64,000 nt of DNA. It comes from Antedon mediterranea. Its lineage: Eukaryota > Animalia > Echinodermata. The position numbers and the translations under genes were made by a program. The notes beneath the pieces were generated by a model that saw only the letters and a program-made list of their open reading frames with translations, did no database searches and was not told where the DNA came from. Below are positions 39,701 through 51,649 of this stretch, one piece after another. Where the stretch lies: NCBI RefSeq assembly GCF_964355755.1, contig NC_092673.1:17357648-17421647 (forward strand). The letters are read 5' to 3'. Within the stretch, counting starts at the first letter, position 1. Every line of letters starts with the position of its first letter.

Positions 39701-42700
39701 AGTAGTACTATCAGAATCATTATTGATAATCTATACATTGTTACAACATGCTGCTATTAGCTGTGATATCTTCATTCCTCTTACCAGTAGTAGTACTATC
39801 AGAATCATTATTGATAATCTATACATTGTTACAACATGCTGCTATTAGCTGTGATATCTTCATTCCTCTTACCAGTAGTAGTACTATCAGAATCATTATT
39901 GATAATCTATACATTTTTACAACATGCTACTATTAGCTGTGATATCTTCATTTCTCTTACCAGTAGTAGTACTATCAGAATCATTATTGATAATCTATAC
40001 ATTGTTACAACATGCTACTATTAGCTGTGATATCTTCATTCCTCTTACCAGTAGTAGTACTATCAGAATCATTATTGATAATCTATACATTGTTACAACA
40101 TGCTGCTATTAGCTGTGATATCTTCATTCCTCTTACCAGTAGTAGTACTATCAGAATCATTATTGATAATCTATACATTTTTACAACATGCTGCTATTAG
40201 CTGTGATATCTTCATTCCTCTTACCAGTAGTAGTACTATCAGAATCATTATTGATAATCTATACATTGTTACAACATGCTGCTATTAGCTGTGATATCTT
40301 CATTCCTCTTACCAGTAGTAGTACTATCAGAATCATTATTGATAATCTATACATTGTTATAACATGCTGCTATTAGCTGTGATATCTTCATTCCTCTTAC
40401 CAGTAGTAGTACTAGTAGAATCATTATTGATAATCTATACATTGTTACAACATGCTGCTATTAGCTGTGATATCTTCATTCCTCTTACCAGTAGTAGTAC
40501 TATCAGAATCAATATATAATAGCAATAATGTCACTCTGCAGTGACAATACCTGCTAAATGTGGTGTTCACAAAAGTAAATTGTTGCCTATAAAACAACAG
40601 TTACATTTGTGATAACATGATCTGTCATAGCTTGCATCCTAGCATATAGTATTGAATGAATTATTGTTTTATCATTATTTCATTTGTTACAGCGGATGAT
40701 GTTGGGACATCCGGTTCAAATCAAGGTATGTTAAATTTAATATAAATAATATTTGGGTAATACTATTACTCTACTAATTTCTTTAAGAAGAACTCCCTCT
40801 CTCTCATTATTTCAAACTTTTTTGTGTGTACTTATATTGATGGTATCATACTCATTTTTTCATTCCAGAAATCTCAGAGAATGAATTCCTGCAACTGTTA
40901 ACTGATACAGCAGCATGGTTTGATGGACTTGGATATCTCAAAATATTGAAAGTTTTATACAAAGACCATCTTTCAAAATCGAATGTAGAGGTGGAAAGAG
41001 CTAGTAGTGTTTGGGATCTGCTACAGGATTTAAGAGCCTCAGGAAGTTTGAGTCCATCAAACCTTACTATTCTATATGACACAATAACAGTAACCAAGCA
41101 ATTTGGCTTCCAGTCAAACGTTGAGAATCAACCTTCTGAAGATATTAAGGATCATGTAGTATCAATGTTGACACCTTTCAGACAGAAGGTTTATCAACTG
41201 GGAGTGGAACTTACGAAGGATGAAGTATCAAAACTTGCCAGGTTATTTAACAATATATTGGTAAAGACATATCAAGACAGCTGGAGTATGATTATGGACT
41301 TTGAACATAGAGGGATCATTGATAAGGATTTCACAAAGTTGGTTGAGTTTCTTAAAGTTTTAGAACAAAATGGAATGACAAAAGCTAGGAAGATTTTCAT
41401 TGATGGTTGGTTGGTTGGTTTATTTGTTTTAGTTCATCATCATGGTTCATTGTTAAAACATATAGTACATACTGTAGTACACTACAATCAAGTAAAAGTA
41501 CTGTAACAAATTAAACATTTTAGGCAGATTCAAATTATTATGATGTCCCTTTCTGTCTGTCTGCTATTATAGTGGATTAAGGATATCAACCAACATTCGG
41601 TTAAATGGCAATTCAGCTGAATTGAATGACAAGTTAGTAAAATAACAATAATATGCTCAATGAGTCCAATGGAAAATGAGCTGAACTGAAACGTATGTGT
41701 GTATTCCATGCTATTATCCCTATCAATCAGATTGACCCAAACCTTTGGAACATAATAATAATCTGCATTTTAAATTTGTGAATGCCTCTCAATTCCTACA
41801 AAGCCCAGCATACCATTTGAGGGTCAAAAGACCGACTCTGGGGCTGATTCAGATCTTTACTATTGCAAGAGGATCATTAAGTTGTATAAGAAAGCCACAG
41901 GTTGACAGCGTACCCATCACCACCTCCATGCCAATTAATGCACCCGGACACTTCATAAACTTAGAGTTTAGATTATGTGACTTCTGCCTATCCCATTAAT
42001 AACTTACTGAAACTAGAGAATGCAAAACTCCACCTACAATATAATTTTCCTACACATTAAAATCTCTCCCTGAGAAAAGTGGTTTGTTTTTTTCAGTAAG
42101 GTAATTTGGCCTAATTGCACTGCATAACAAATTAATGTGAATTTTCCATGGTTGAAATCCTGCCTCAAATTGGGCTGAAGAAGGGAGTCTTTTTTAATCA
42201 TTTCTTTTTTTTTTAATAATTTTTTTGTAAATTTTGACATTTGACCCTGCCTGTTCAAAATTGAATTACATTATGATGGATAATTTTGGCCAAATTTCAG
42301 TTTAAAAGTGTGGCCTGGCAGGATATATAAAGAAAACATTTATAGTAGGTTGTGACCTTGACCTTTCACGGAAGCATCCACCTACGCAGAATGAAAAAAA
42401 ACAAACAAGAAGTCAACAAGTAGTCTACATAATTAGATTTATTCTAAATAAGTCTTAAGTATATATGTCTTCTGGTATAGGTATGTCTTCTGGTGCAGGC
42501 GCATCTTCTGGTGCAGGCGCATCTTCTGGTGCAGGTGTGTCTTCTGGTGCAGGTGTGTCTTCTGGTGCAGGTGTGTCTTCTGGTGCAGGTGTGTCTTCTG
42601 GTGCAGGTGTGTCTTCAGGTGCAGGTCTTTCGTCTGACACAGGTGAATGTCAAGGTAACTATCAAGGCACTAGAGCAACACTCTACAGCAAAAAAATATA

Positions 42701-44056
42701 TTATTGTTGATATTTAGCCAGGAGTTTTTGTATACAATATTAAAATAGACTAGAAATCTTTATTACCATTCTATGCTAAGTGATTGTAGTTGTTTATGTA
42801 GGGTGTAATCTAAATTGATTAAAATCTATATTTATCAGGCAACCTTAAAATAAATAAATAAATAAAGTTTTTCTTTGACTTTCTCCAAATCTATTCCATT
42901 CATTTCTTTTTCAGGTAGACATTATACATTAATCCTGTTTGTTGCTTATTGTTCACACAATATCAGCTTAGATAATTAAACTTTCCAAAATGTTATCACA
43001 AATGTTCGTTTAAAGTTTATATGAATGTTTCTATGTAATAGTCAGCAGTTATCGTATAGCATATACTTAAAGACGTATTGTCCCCCAAAAACATGAAAAA
43101 TGAAGATTAATTAAATCAGACTTTGAATAGGTTATTATGTAGTTTTAAAAAAGTAAATCACTTCCGAAGAAAAAAAACGGGAAAAAATAATGTTTTCACT
43201 TATAAAATAACATGATAAATGGTTAAATTCAACCAAAAATCCATTGGCTGGCAGCCAATTTGACCATTTTTTGCTTTAACTTCCAGTTTTTTCAGGTAAA
43301 TAATTTTGTTTTCGATCCAATTTTTGGTCAAAGTCAATAACTATTAGTGACATTAAAATGGCATATTCAACAACAAAAATTTAAAAAAAATATTTTCAGG
43401 GGGACAATACATCTTTAAATCAACAAACATCCAAACTATTTATTTTTTATTTAATCAAATTTATTTAATTTTAACATACTATTAAATGTTTTAGGTTTAA
43501 CTGTGTTCATACTTTATTAAGGGTTAGGGTGTTTAATTGTTTAATTATTTCTCACCATATCTATTACTTAATGAGCTTACTTTGTTGTTATTTCAGGTAT
43601 GCATCATGGCGGGTAAGTATTTTCCACATATGTACTGTTATTTGATCAAATTAATTTTGTTAATAAATTGGCACTTTGTGTGTGATTTACAGAATACATT
43701 AAACTTTTATTTTCATTTCATATATTTTGCCATATAAAATGTATAAAAAACAATTAAAAGAAAACAAAATCAATAAAAAAGAAAAACATTATACTCTGCC
43801 TCCCCACAAAGGCCGACAGGATTACCAAAAGCATAAGTAAATACTGTCTAGTGGCTCTCGTCAAGGTCACTACAGGGCTGGTGATAATCAACTAAAGCCT
43901 GTTTTCTAGTCTACGTTATTCGATTTCAACACGATTGTTTGAAAACAATCAAGTTGAAAGAAACAACAATTTTAATACTTTATTAGAATTTTAATTATTT
44001 AATTGTACCTTGTTATTTCTAGTCGAAAGAAAAAGAGACGTTGCAAGTTGTTATAA
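26637..44056 (+). CDS. Roco-family protein: TKL kinase - Roc - COR - tandem DED-like - SGA linker - polybasic CaaX (about 1258 aa, spliced)
   Basis: Exons: 26637-27345, 27511-27701, 28823-28995, 30117-30202, 32010-32074, 32354-32447, 33318-33472, 34426-34515, 34722-34901, 35054-35311, 35632-35826, 36549-36743, 36937-37242, 37407-37478, 38190-38403, 40693-40725, 40869-41405, 42481-42654, 43597-43612, 44023-44056. Phases are consistent and the total is 3777 nt. All introns are GT-AG except the uncertain first-intron acceptor. An in-frame TGA upstream of 26637 fixes the start. Confidence 0.78.
28823..35311 (+). CDS. Roc GTPase domain exons
   Basis: G1 GQEGVGKT; switch I ITDGI; G3 WDHGGQ followed by IFMTSRSLYIVVFDLS; G4 LIVGTHKG; G5 region FAIENS; COR start P-LKW. 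Confidence 0.88.
30430..31056 (-). mobile_element. Non-LTR retrotransposon 3' fragment (RTEX-like, CCHC zinc knuckle)
   Basis: ARSNSLPLEGR...CLLCNC...ETIYHFVFNC; AATAAA and a (TTA)n tail near 30430-30450 on the minus strand. Confidence 0.6.
31355..32030 (+). repeat. ~192-bp tandem repeat (about 3.5 copies) that includes the exon-5 acceptor
   Basis: TTTCTCTACAG|GTAAT with the AG ending at 31432, 31624, 31816 and 32009. Confidence 0.9.
33476..33959. mobile_element. MITE (PIF/Harbinger-like) inserted at the exon-7 donor, with an internal tRNA-SINE-like fragment
   Basis: Imperfect TIRs including ATGCTTTCGTATCG / CGATACGAAAGCAT; TA(A) flanks; B-box-like GATTCGAGTCCC at about 33826. Confidence 0.5.
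35632..38403 (+). CDS. COR domain exons
   Basis: LNFLYDLGEIVY...VVLDPMRLV, GILEEDLLRKLW, LMIQLGFIC, FFVPLRL, LPDVLFPYLI, and a Cys/His-rich end (CIPCRC...H...C...C). Confidence 0.82.
36116..36410. mobile_element. piggyBac-type MITE
   Basis: TTAA|CCCTTTCACTG ... CAGTGAAAGGG|TTAA. Confidence 0.8.
38640..40511. repeat. Intronic 85/88-bp minisatellite, about 21 copies
   Basis: Unit ...TTGATAATCTATACATTGTTACAACATGCTGCTATTAGCTGTGATATCTTCATTCCTCTTACCAGTAGTAGTAC...; repeated spurious ORFs every 88 bp. Confidence 0.95.
40869..41405 (+). CDS. Tandem death-effector-like (death-fold) domains, exon 17
   Basis: FLQLL...LKVLYKD...SVWDLLQDLRASGSLSPSNLTILYD, then FRQKVYQLGVELTKDEVSKL...MIMDFEHRGII...FLKVLEQNG; both fit the DED helical pattern. 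Confidence 0.62.
42012..42400. mobile_element. Helentron-like non-autonomous element
   Basis: AAACTAGAGAATGC start, TGACCTTGACCT motif and A-rich end. Confidence 0.35.
42468..42630 (+). repeat. 18-bp repeat encoding (SSGAGV)n inside a symmetric phase-1 exon
   Basis: Unit TCTTCTGGTGCAGGTGTG, about 9 copies; exon 42481-42654 is 174 nt. Confidence 0.75.
43071..43414 (+). mobile_element. Kolobok-type MITE
   Basis: TTAA TSD on both sides; TIRs AGACGTATTGTCCCCC / GGGGGACAATACATCT. Confidence 0.82.
43597..44056 (+). CDS. Terminal micro-exons encoding GMHHGGRKKKRRCKLL* (polybasic + CaaX)
   Basis: 16-nt exon 43597-43612 (TTTCAG| ... |GTAAGT, phase 1 to 2) joined to 44023-44056 (TTCTAG|T CGA AAG AAA AAG AGA CGT TGC AAG TTG TTA TAA). 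Confidence 0.72.
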
Positions 44057-44957
44057 GGTATAGTATTAAACTTTAAATTTGAATTTGTTTCTAAAGTCAT
44101 TGCATTGTTTTTCTATTCAAAGACTAATGTAGTTTCAAAATGTAAGAAATCATTTGTCTTTTTTCCTACAAAACCTATAAAATGCTTTTTGTTGTAGTCA
44201 TTTGCAGTATTTTAAAACAACTTTAAATGAAAGCACTCAAGAATATTTCTAAAAAGATGAGGATTTATGAAACATTTTTCTCTTTTAGATTACTGGTTGG
44301 TAGTTACTGTATATATGATGGATTAACTGCTGTTGGTGGCTGCAGTATCTGGTGTGTACATAGTGACCAGGTCTCTTACTCAGTCAAAAAATGCAACAGA
44401 TGAAAAACAGTACACTCTTCACCAATCTAACAGTAGATTTCATACATTTTAAAGGCATTGTATGGATAATATTGAAGATAGATGTGAAATTATAAAGATA
44501 TGAAAGCCTATGGGAGTTTTGACACAATGACAAATGACTAAAGATCCAGGGAGTTATTGCCATCGGAGTCAAAGTTACAATCCGCTACCACCACCCCTCT
44601 TTTTATAAAAAACCAAATAAACAAAAAAATTATTTTCCCCTCAAGAAATTCAGCCATGCTTGTCAGATGAAACGACAACATTGATTTAAGAATTTTTGTA
44701 AAATACAGCTTTCTTAAAAAAGAACTTTACAAATTTCAGTTTATTACCATTCCAAATTCTATTATTGATTTTATAAAAAGAATAAAAAAATAAAATTAGA
44801 CTTTTTAGTTTGCCTCAAGGAAATTGTGTAATTGACCAAAAAAGGACCAAAGAAAAAAGAAATCATTAAATGAAATAAAGTAGGTAATGCAATGCCTGTA
44901 TTATGTATTTAAATAATAACTCATGTTTGATATTTAGTTTTATTAAGCTTAACATCC

Positions 44958-45750
44958 TGTAGTAAACAGTTGTCAACATATAGAAGCTGTAACTCAGTTG
45001 TCAATTGTGCACTCAATGCTGTAGTAGACAGTTGTCAACATATTGAAGCTGTAACTCAGTTGTCAATTGTGTACACAATGCTGTAGTAGACAGTTGTCAA
45101 CATATTGAAGCTGTAACTCAGTTGTCAATTGTGTACTCAATGCTGTAGTAGACAGTTGTCAACATATTGAAGCTGTAACTCAGTTGTCAATTGTGTACTC
45201 AATGCTGTAGTAGACAGTTGTCAACATATTGAAGCTGTAACTCAGTTGTCAATTGTGTACTCAATGCTGTAGTAGACAGTTGTCAACATATTGAAGCTGT
45301 AACTCAGTTGTCAATTGTGTACTCAATGCTGTAGTAGACAGTTGTCAACATATTGAAGCTGTAACTCAGTTGTCAATTGTGTACTCAATGCTGTAGTAGA
45401 CAGTTGTCAACATATTGAAGCTGTAACTCAGTTGTCAATTGTGTACTCAATGCTGTAGTAGACAGTTGTCAACATATTGAAGCTGTAACTCAGTTGTCAA
45501 TTGTGTACTCAATGCTGTAGTAGACAGTTGTCAACATATTGAAGCTGTAACTCAGTTGTCAATTGTGTACTCAATGCTGTAGTAGACAGTTGTCAACATA
45601 TTGAAGCTGTAACTCAGTTGTCAATTGTGTACTCAATGCTGTAGTAGACAGTTGTCAACATATTGAAGCTGTAACTCAGTTGTCAATTGTGTACTCAATG
45701 CTGTAGTAGACAGTTGTCAACATATTGAAGCTGTAACTCAGTTGTCAATT
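44958..45750. repeat. 62-bp minisatellite, about 13 copies
   Basis: Unit CTGTAGTAGACAGTTGTCAACATATTGAAGCTGTAACTCAGTTGTCAATTGTGTACTCAATG. Confidence 0.95.
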
Positions 45751-46234
45751 CTACTCATTTATTTTGTCATTTCATATTGAAAACCAATTAATCTTATAAA
45801 AATAGTAAGCATGTCTGTCTGTCCATTTTCAAATAGTATTGTATGATTACAGTTTAGATATCTGTTACATAATTAGCATACACATTTTGATTGGTAGGAT
45901 ATGGGAACAAAAAGTGGGTTTTTTTTAATATTGATACAATATTTAGTTGGATGGAAAATTAGAGATGCCCCTGCAGCTATAAACATGTTAAAGTAAAATA
46001 AAAATTTGATAAATGAAGAAAATTCAAATTAATAAGAGGACGCGATGGGGTATGAGGGAAGCAAATGGGTGTTTGATATAATGATACTGATGATAATAAT
46101 GTTGCTATTTTTTTGTATTAATAATGCGGTAGTTATGATTAATGATGCTAAATTGTATTTTAAATCAAGAAATCCTGTAATAATTTAGACCCATGACAAT
46201 CTAAGTGTATTGTAACCAAGACAACAACATTTTC

Positions 46235-47608
46235 CACACAATTTGTTGTGGATAAATCCAAAAGCTGTAGGAATCACTGTATTTATAGTACAGGGATTTT
46301 AACAACACAATTTGTTGTGGATAAATCCAAAAGCTGTAGGAATCACTGTATTTATAGTACAGGAATTTTAACAACACAATTTGTTGTGGATAAATCTAAA
46401 AGCTGTAGGAATCACTGTATTTATAGTACAGGGATTTTAACAACACAATTTGTTGTGGATAAATCTAAAAGCTGTAGGAATCCCTGTATTTATAGTACAT
46501 GGATTTTAACAACACAATTTGTTGTGGATAAATCCAAAAGCTGTAGGAATCACTGTATTTATAGTACAGGGATTTTAACAACACAATTTGTTGTGGATAA
46601 ATCTAAAAGCTGTAGAAATCACTGTATTATAGTACAGGGATTTTAACAACACAATTTGTTGTGAATAAATCCAAAAGCTGTAGGAATCACTGTATTTATA
46701 GTACAGGGATTTTAACAACACAATTTGTTGTGAATAAATCCAAAAGCTGTAGGAATCACTGTATTTATAGTACAGGGATTTTAACAACACAATTTGTTGT
46801 GGATAAATCTAAAAGCTGTAGGAATCACTGTATTTATAGTACAGGGATTTTAACAACACAATTTGTTGTGGATAAATCTAAAAGCTGTAGGAATCATTGT
46901 ATTTATAGAACAGGGATTTTAACAACACAATTTGTTGTGGATAAATCTAAAAGCTGTAGGAATCACTGTATTTATAGTACAGGGATTTTAACAACACAAT
47001 TGTTGTGGATAAATCTAAAAGCTGTAGAAATCACTGTATTATAGTACAGGGATTTTAACAACACAATTTGTTGTGGATAAATCTAAAAGCTGTAGGAATC
47101 CCTGTATTTATAGTACAGGGATTTTAACAACACAATTTGTTGTGGATAAATCCAAAAGCTGTAGAAATCACTGTATTTATAGTACAGGGATTTTAACAAC
47201 ACAATTTGTTGTGGATAAATCTAAAAGCTGTAGGAATCCCTGTATTTATAGTACAGGGATTTTAACAACACAATTTGTTGTGGATAAATCTAAAAGCTGT
47301 AGGAATCCCTGTATTTGTAGTACAGGGATTTTAACAACACAATTTGTTGTGAATAAATCCAAAAGCTGTAGGAATCACTGTATTTATAGTACAGGGATTT
47401 TAACAACACAATTTGTTGTGGATAAATCTAAAAGCTGTAGGAATCACTGTATTTATAGTACAGGGATTTTAACAACACAATTTGTTGTGGATAAATCTAA
47501 AAGCTGTAGGAATCACTGTATTTATAGTACAGGGATTTTAACAACACAATTTGTTGTGGATAAATCTAAAAGCTGTAGGAATCACTGTATTTATAGTACA
47601 GGAATTTT
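46235..47608. repeat. 69-bp minisatellite, about 20 copies
   Basis: Unit CACAATTTGTTGTGGATAAATCTAAAAGCTGTAGGAATCACTGTATTTATAGTACAGGGATTTTAACAA. Confidence 0.95.
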
Positions 47609-47764
47609 TACAAAAAATGACCAAATTGATAATGATGTTATTATATTAGTGATGTGCAATTGTCAGTCTGTGTTAACTGTCACCCTTTTTAATTCATATT
47701 TTGCAATATCAATGTTGTCATCCTTCATGCTGCTTTTTGGTTTGGCCTACTGATTAATAGACCT

Positions 47765-49510
47765 ACTGTAAATATATAATAAGTCAATTAACATTACTAT
47801 TTTGTTCTCTCTTGGTTAAAGTTTGGCCTACTGTACTTAATAGGCCTATAATAAATATAATAAGTCAATTAACATTACTATTTTGTTCTCTCTTGGTTAA
47901 AGTTTGGCCAACTGTACTTAATAGGCCTAACAATAAATATAATAAGTCAATTCACATTAATATTTTGTTCTCTCTTAGTTAAAGTTTGGCTTACTGTACT
48001 TAATAGGCCTAACAATAAATATAATAAGTCAATTCACATTAATATTTTGTTCTCTCTTGGTTAAAGTTTGGCCAACTGTACTTAATAGGCCTATAATAAA
48101 TATAATAAGTCAATTCACATTAATATTTTGTTCTCTCTTAGTTAAAGTTTGGCCTACTGTACTAAATAGGCCTATAATAAATATAATAAGTCAATTCACA
48201 TTAATATTTTGTTCTCTCTTAGTTAAAGTTTGGCCAACTGTACTTAATAGGCCTATAATAAATATAATAAGTCAATTCACATTAATATTTTGTTCTCTCT
48301 TGGTTAAAGTTTGGCCAACTGTACTTAATAGGCCTATAATAAATATAATAAGTCAATTCACATTACTATTTTGTTCTCTCTTGGTTAAAGTTTGGCCTAC
48401 TGTACTAAATAGGCCTATAATAAATATAATAAGTCAATTCACATTAATATTTTGTTCTCTCTTGGTTAAAGTTTGGCCTACTGTACTAAATAGGCCTATA
48501 ATAAATATAATAAGTCAATTCACATTACTATTTTGTTCTCTCTTGGTTAAAGTTTGGCCTACTGTACTAAATAGGCCTATAATAAATATAATAAGTCAAT
48601 TCACATTAATATTTTGTTCTCTCTTGGTTAAAGTTTGGCCAACTGTACTTAATAGGCCTATAATAAATATAATAAGTCAATTCACATTACTATTTTGTTC
48701 TCTCTTGGTTAAAGTTTGGCCAACTGTACTTAATAGGCCTATAATAAATATAATAAGTCAATTCACATTAATATTTTGTTCTCTCTTGGTTAAAGTTTGG
48801 CCAACTGTACTTAATAGGCCTATAATAAATATAATAAGTCAATTCACATTACTATTTTGTTCTCTCTTGGTTAAAGTTTGGCCTACTGTACTAAATAGGC
48901 CTATAATAAATATAATAAGTCAATTCACATTAATATTTTGTTCTCTCTTAGTTAAAGTTTGGCCTACTGTACTAAATAGGCCTATAATAAATATAATAAG
49001 TCAATTCACATTAATATTTTGTTCTCTCTTAGTTAAAGTTTGGCCAACTGTACTTAATAGGCCTAACAATAAATATAATAAGTCAATTCACATTAATATT
49101 TTGTTCTCTCTTGGTTAAAGTTTGGCCAACTGTACTTAATAGGCCTAACAATAAATATAATAAGTCAATTCACATTACTATTTTGTTCTCTCTTGGTTAA
49201 AGTGTGGCCTACTGTACTTAATAGGCCTATAATAAATATAATAAGTCAATTCACATTACTATTTTGTTCTCTCTTGGTTAAAGTTTGGCCTACTGTACTA
49301 AATAGGCCTATAATAAATATAATAAGTCAATTCACATTAATATTTTGTTCTCTCTTATTTAAAGTGTGGCCTACTGTACTTAATAGGCCTAACAATAAAT
49401 ATAATAAGTCAATTCACATTAATATTTTGTTCTCTCTTAATTAAAGTGCGGCCTACTGTACTAGGCCTAACAATAAATAGAATAAGTCAATTAACATTAA
49501 TATTTTGTTC
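47765..49510. repeat. 81-bp minisatellite, about 21 copies
   Basis: 27-aa periodic spurious ORF VKVWPTVLNRPIINIISQFTLIFCSLL. Confidence 0.95.
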
Positions 49511-49635
49511 TTTCTTTTCTAAGTTTGTAAAATTACAAAAACAAAACATGACAAACACATATGTGTTTGTTCTGTTTTTTTGTTGTAATTTTGAACATAT
49601 TTACATTAATTATAAATAACTAACATGTGCATATT

Positions 49636-50181
49636 ATGCAAATGAGACCAGGTAAACGGAAGTACAGAACGGTGTTTAAATATAATGAATTGAATAAATT
49701 GTACATTTTTTTGTACAGAACTGAATTATGTTTTTTATATGAATGAATTTTCTAATACCTATTTGTTGAAAATGAAATGTTTTATATTTTGATATTTTTC
49801 ACTTTTAATTCAATTTTGTAAATTAAAACTCAATTAAGTATTTATGCTGCTGTGTTTTAATGTTTATATTCATATTTTTATAATAAATACTAATGAATGA
49901 AAAGCTTTTTTTTGTTTGTAAGGATTGTGTGTTTGTTTGGAAGGGGGAGATTTTAACATCGAGGTGATCATTATACTGTATCAAAATGTACGTGCTTTGC
50001 TATTCATCGTATATTATACAAAATATCCATTCCACCAATCCAGAGAGTAATAAAGTTCTTCGATAATTACACATATAATGTTACGTAGAAAAATAGTGGT
50101 TGCGCCCTCTATAAAAAATAAAAGTTTATTCACCCACCAACAAACCACTCACAACATGTCGAAGAATGTCAAACACAAGAA
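49636..50181 (+). promoter_or_regulatory. Putative promoter and first exon of the next paralogous gene copy
   Basis: Homologous to 2686-3364; TATA at 50110 and donor AAGAA|GTAAGT at 50181/50182. Confidence 0.5.
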
Positions 50182-50569
50182 GTAAGTTTTTGTTTCATAA
50201 TATTATCATATACCATATCATATACGGTATACGGTATATACTGTATCCTAGGCCTGCCTACTTAGTACTATATTATATCAGCCTAGATAGGCCTAGCTAG
50301 GCTAGTTCTAAGTAGCTGGGGCAGGCCCTACCTCTAGCTATCAAAAAAGGCTTTTTAGTGGGCCTAGGCCTAGGCTAGAGTAGAAAGCTGAGGGAGTCTC
50401 CACAACATGTCGTTAAAGAACATATCAACTGCATTGTGATTGGTCCTAAGACGAACATAACACATGGATGGATGAAGATGTTTTAAAGGGGGATTCTGGG
50501 TTTAAAATTGCTTTTAAATATCGTTTTTTATTAAATAAAAAGTATTATAACTAGGGCCTAGGCCTAGGC

Positions 50570-51191
50570 CCCCGGGGGGTCACTCTTAAATATTTCCATA
50601 CGGAGGGAGGTGCCGCATTTACGGGTATATTTTCGAGGGCCTGGTAGCACAAATATTGGGAGTTGGTAGCACAAGTGTGGGAAATGACAGGGTGAAATTA
50701 GTAGTTTAAGTCCCTGGTCGCCCACCCGTGTCAAAATTTCACGATTTATCGCCAAATTTTGCAGGAATTTTAGCTTACTGGATGCTATAAGCCCGGCTAT
50801 ATAAGCCCATCGAGGAGCCCATCGCTAAATACCTTTTAATAGAGTTTTCCCCGAGAGTTTTTGCATCATCAGTATAACACGAAACATAGCTGGCCTAGGA
50901 CAAAATCATTCAACTGTGACCACTCTTGATCATCGGTGGTGTGCACTACCGCAAACGCGTCAAAATTTGCCATGAACGGTGGAGGTCTCTTTGGCCATGC
51001 GCAGATCATGCTGGGAACCAGTACAAATATTGCGCCATCTTTGGCGTGGCCTTGATTTTGGTAAATGGTAGTTTAAGTCCGTAGTATTTTTCAGTAAAAC
51101 AGGTAGCGCAAGTGCCTCATGTCTTGAAGTGGCTGCGGCACCCCCTTGTTTGGTTTATATACAAGTGACCCCCCTCCCCCCCCCCCCCGGG
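50570..51191. mobile_element. CCCGGGGG-ended non-autonomous DNA transposon (EnSpm/CACTA-like)
   Basis: Termini CCCGGGGGGTCACT and AGTGACCCCCC...CCCGGG. Confidence 0.55.
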
Positions 51192-51623
51192 GCCTAGGCC
51201 TATACTTACTTACTACAGTATATACAAACTAAACTAAACACTACAGTATATACATACATACAACCAGAATTAAAACATGTTAAACTACAATACAACTAAA
51301 CTAAATACTACAGTACAATCAAAATCAAAACATATTAAAAACTACAGTACAATCGGAATTAAAACATCTTAAATACTACAAACAATACAATTAATTAAAT
51401 TTAAAATATGTTAAACTACAAAACAACTAAACTAAATATCACAATCGGACGAGCATAATTGAAGATTTATTGACATAATTATATGTTTTTTGTTTGTTTT
51501 ACTGATCACCTGATACATTTACATTAAATGTTAAGTGTAAATAAATGAAACGAATGTAGATACAGAAACAAAATCATAATGGTAACAGATTCATTGACGT
51601 AATTATATGTTTATTTGTTTTAC

Positions 51624-51649
51624 CATAGAGATACTATAATATCTCTATG
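51624..51649. mobile_element. 26-bp TIR-only P-element-like remnant
   Basis: CATAGAGATA-CTATAA-TATCTCTATG flanked by the 7-bp TSD GTTTTAC. Confidence 0.7.

Noticed and set aside
38956-40376. Series of 62-aa hydrophobic, signal-peptide-like ORFs
   Set aside because: Translations of the intronic 88-bp satellite.
42455-42640. Minus-strand (PAPEDT)n ORF
   Set aside because: Antisense reading of the SSGAGV exon; no independent gene context.
46248-49444. Periodic ORFs up to 353 aa
   Set aside because: Unit lengths of 69 and 81 bp are multiples of 3; the frames are broken by random indels and there is no splice support.
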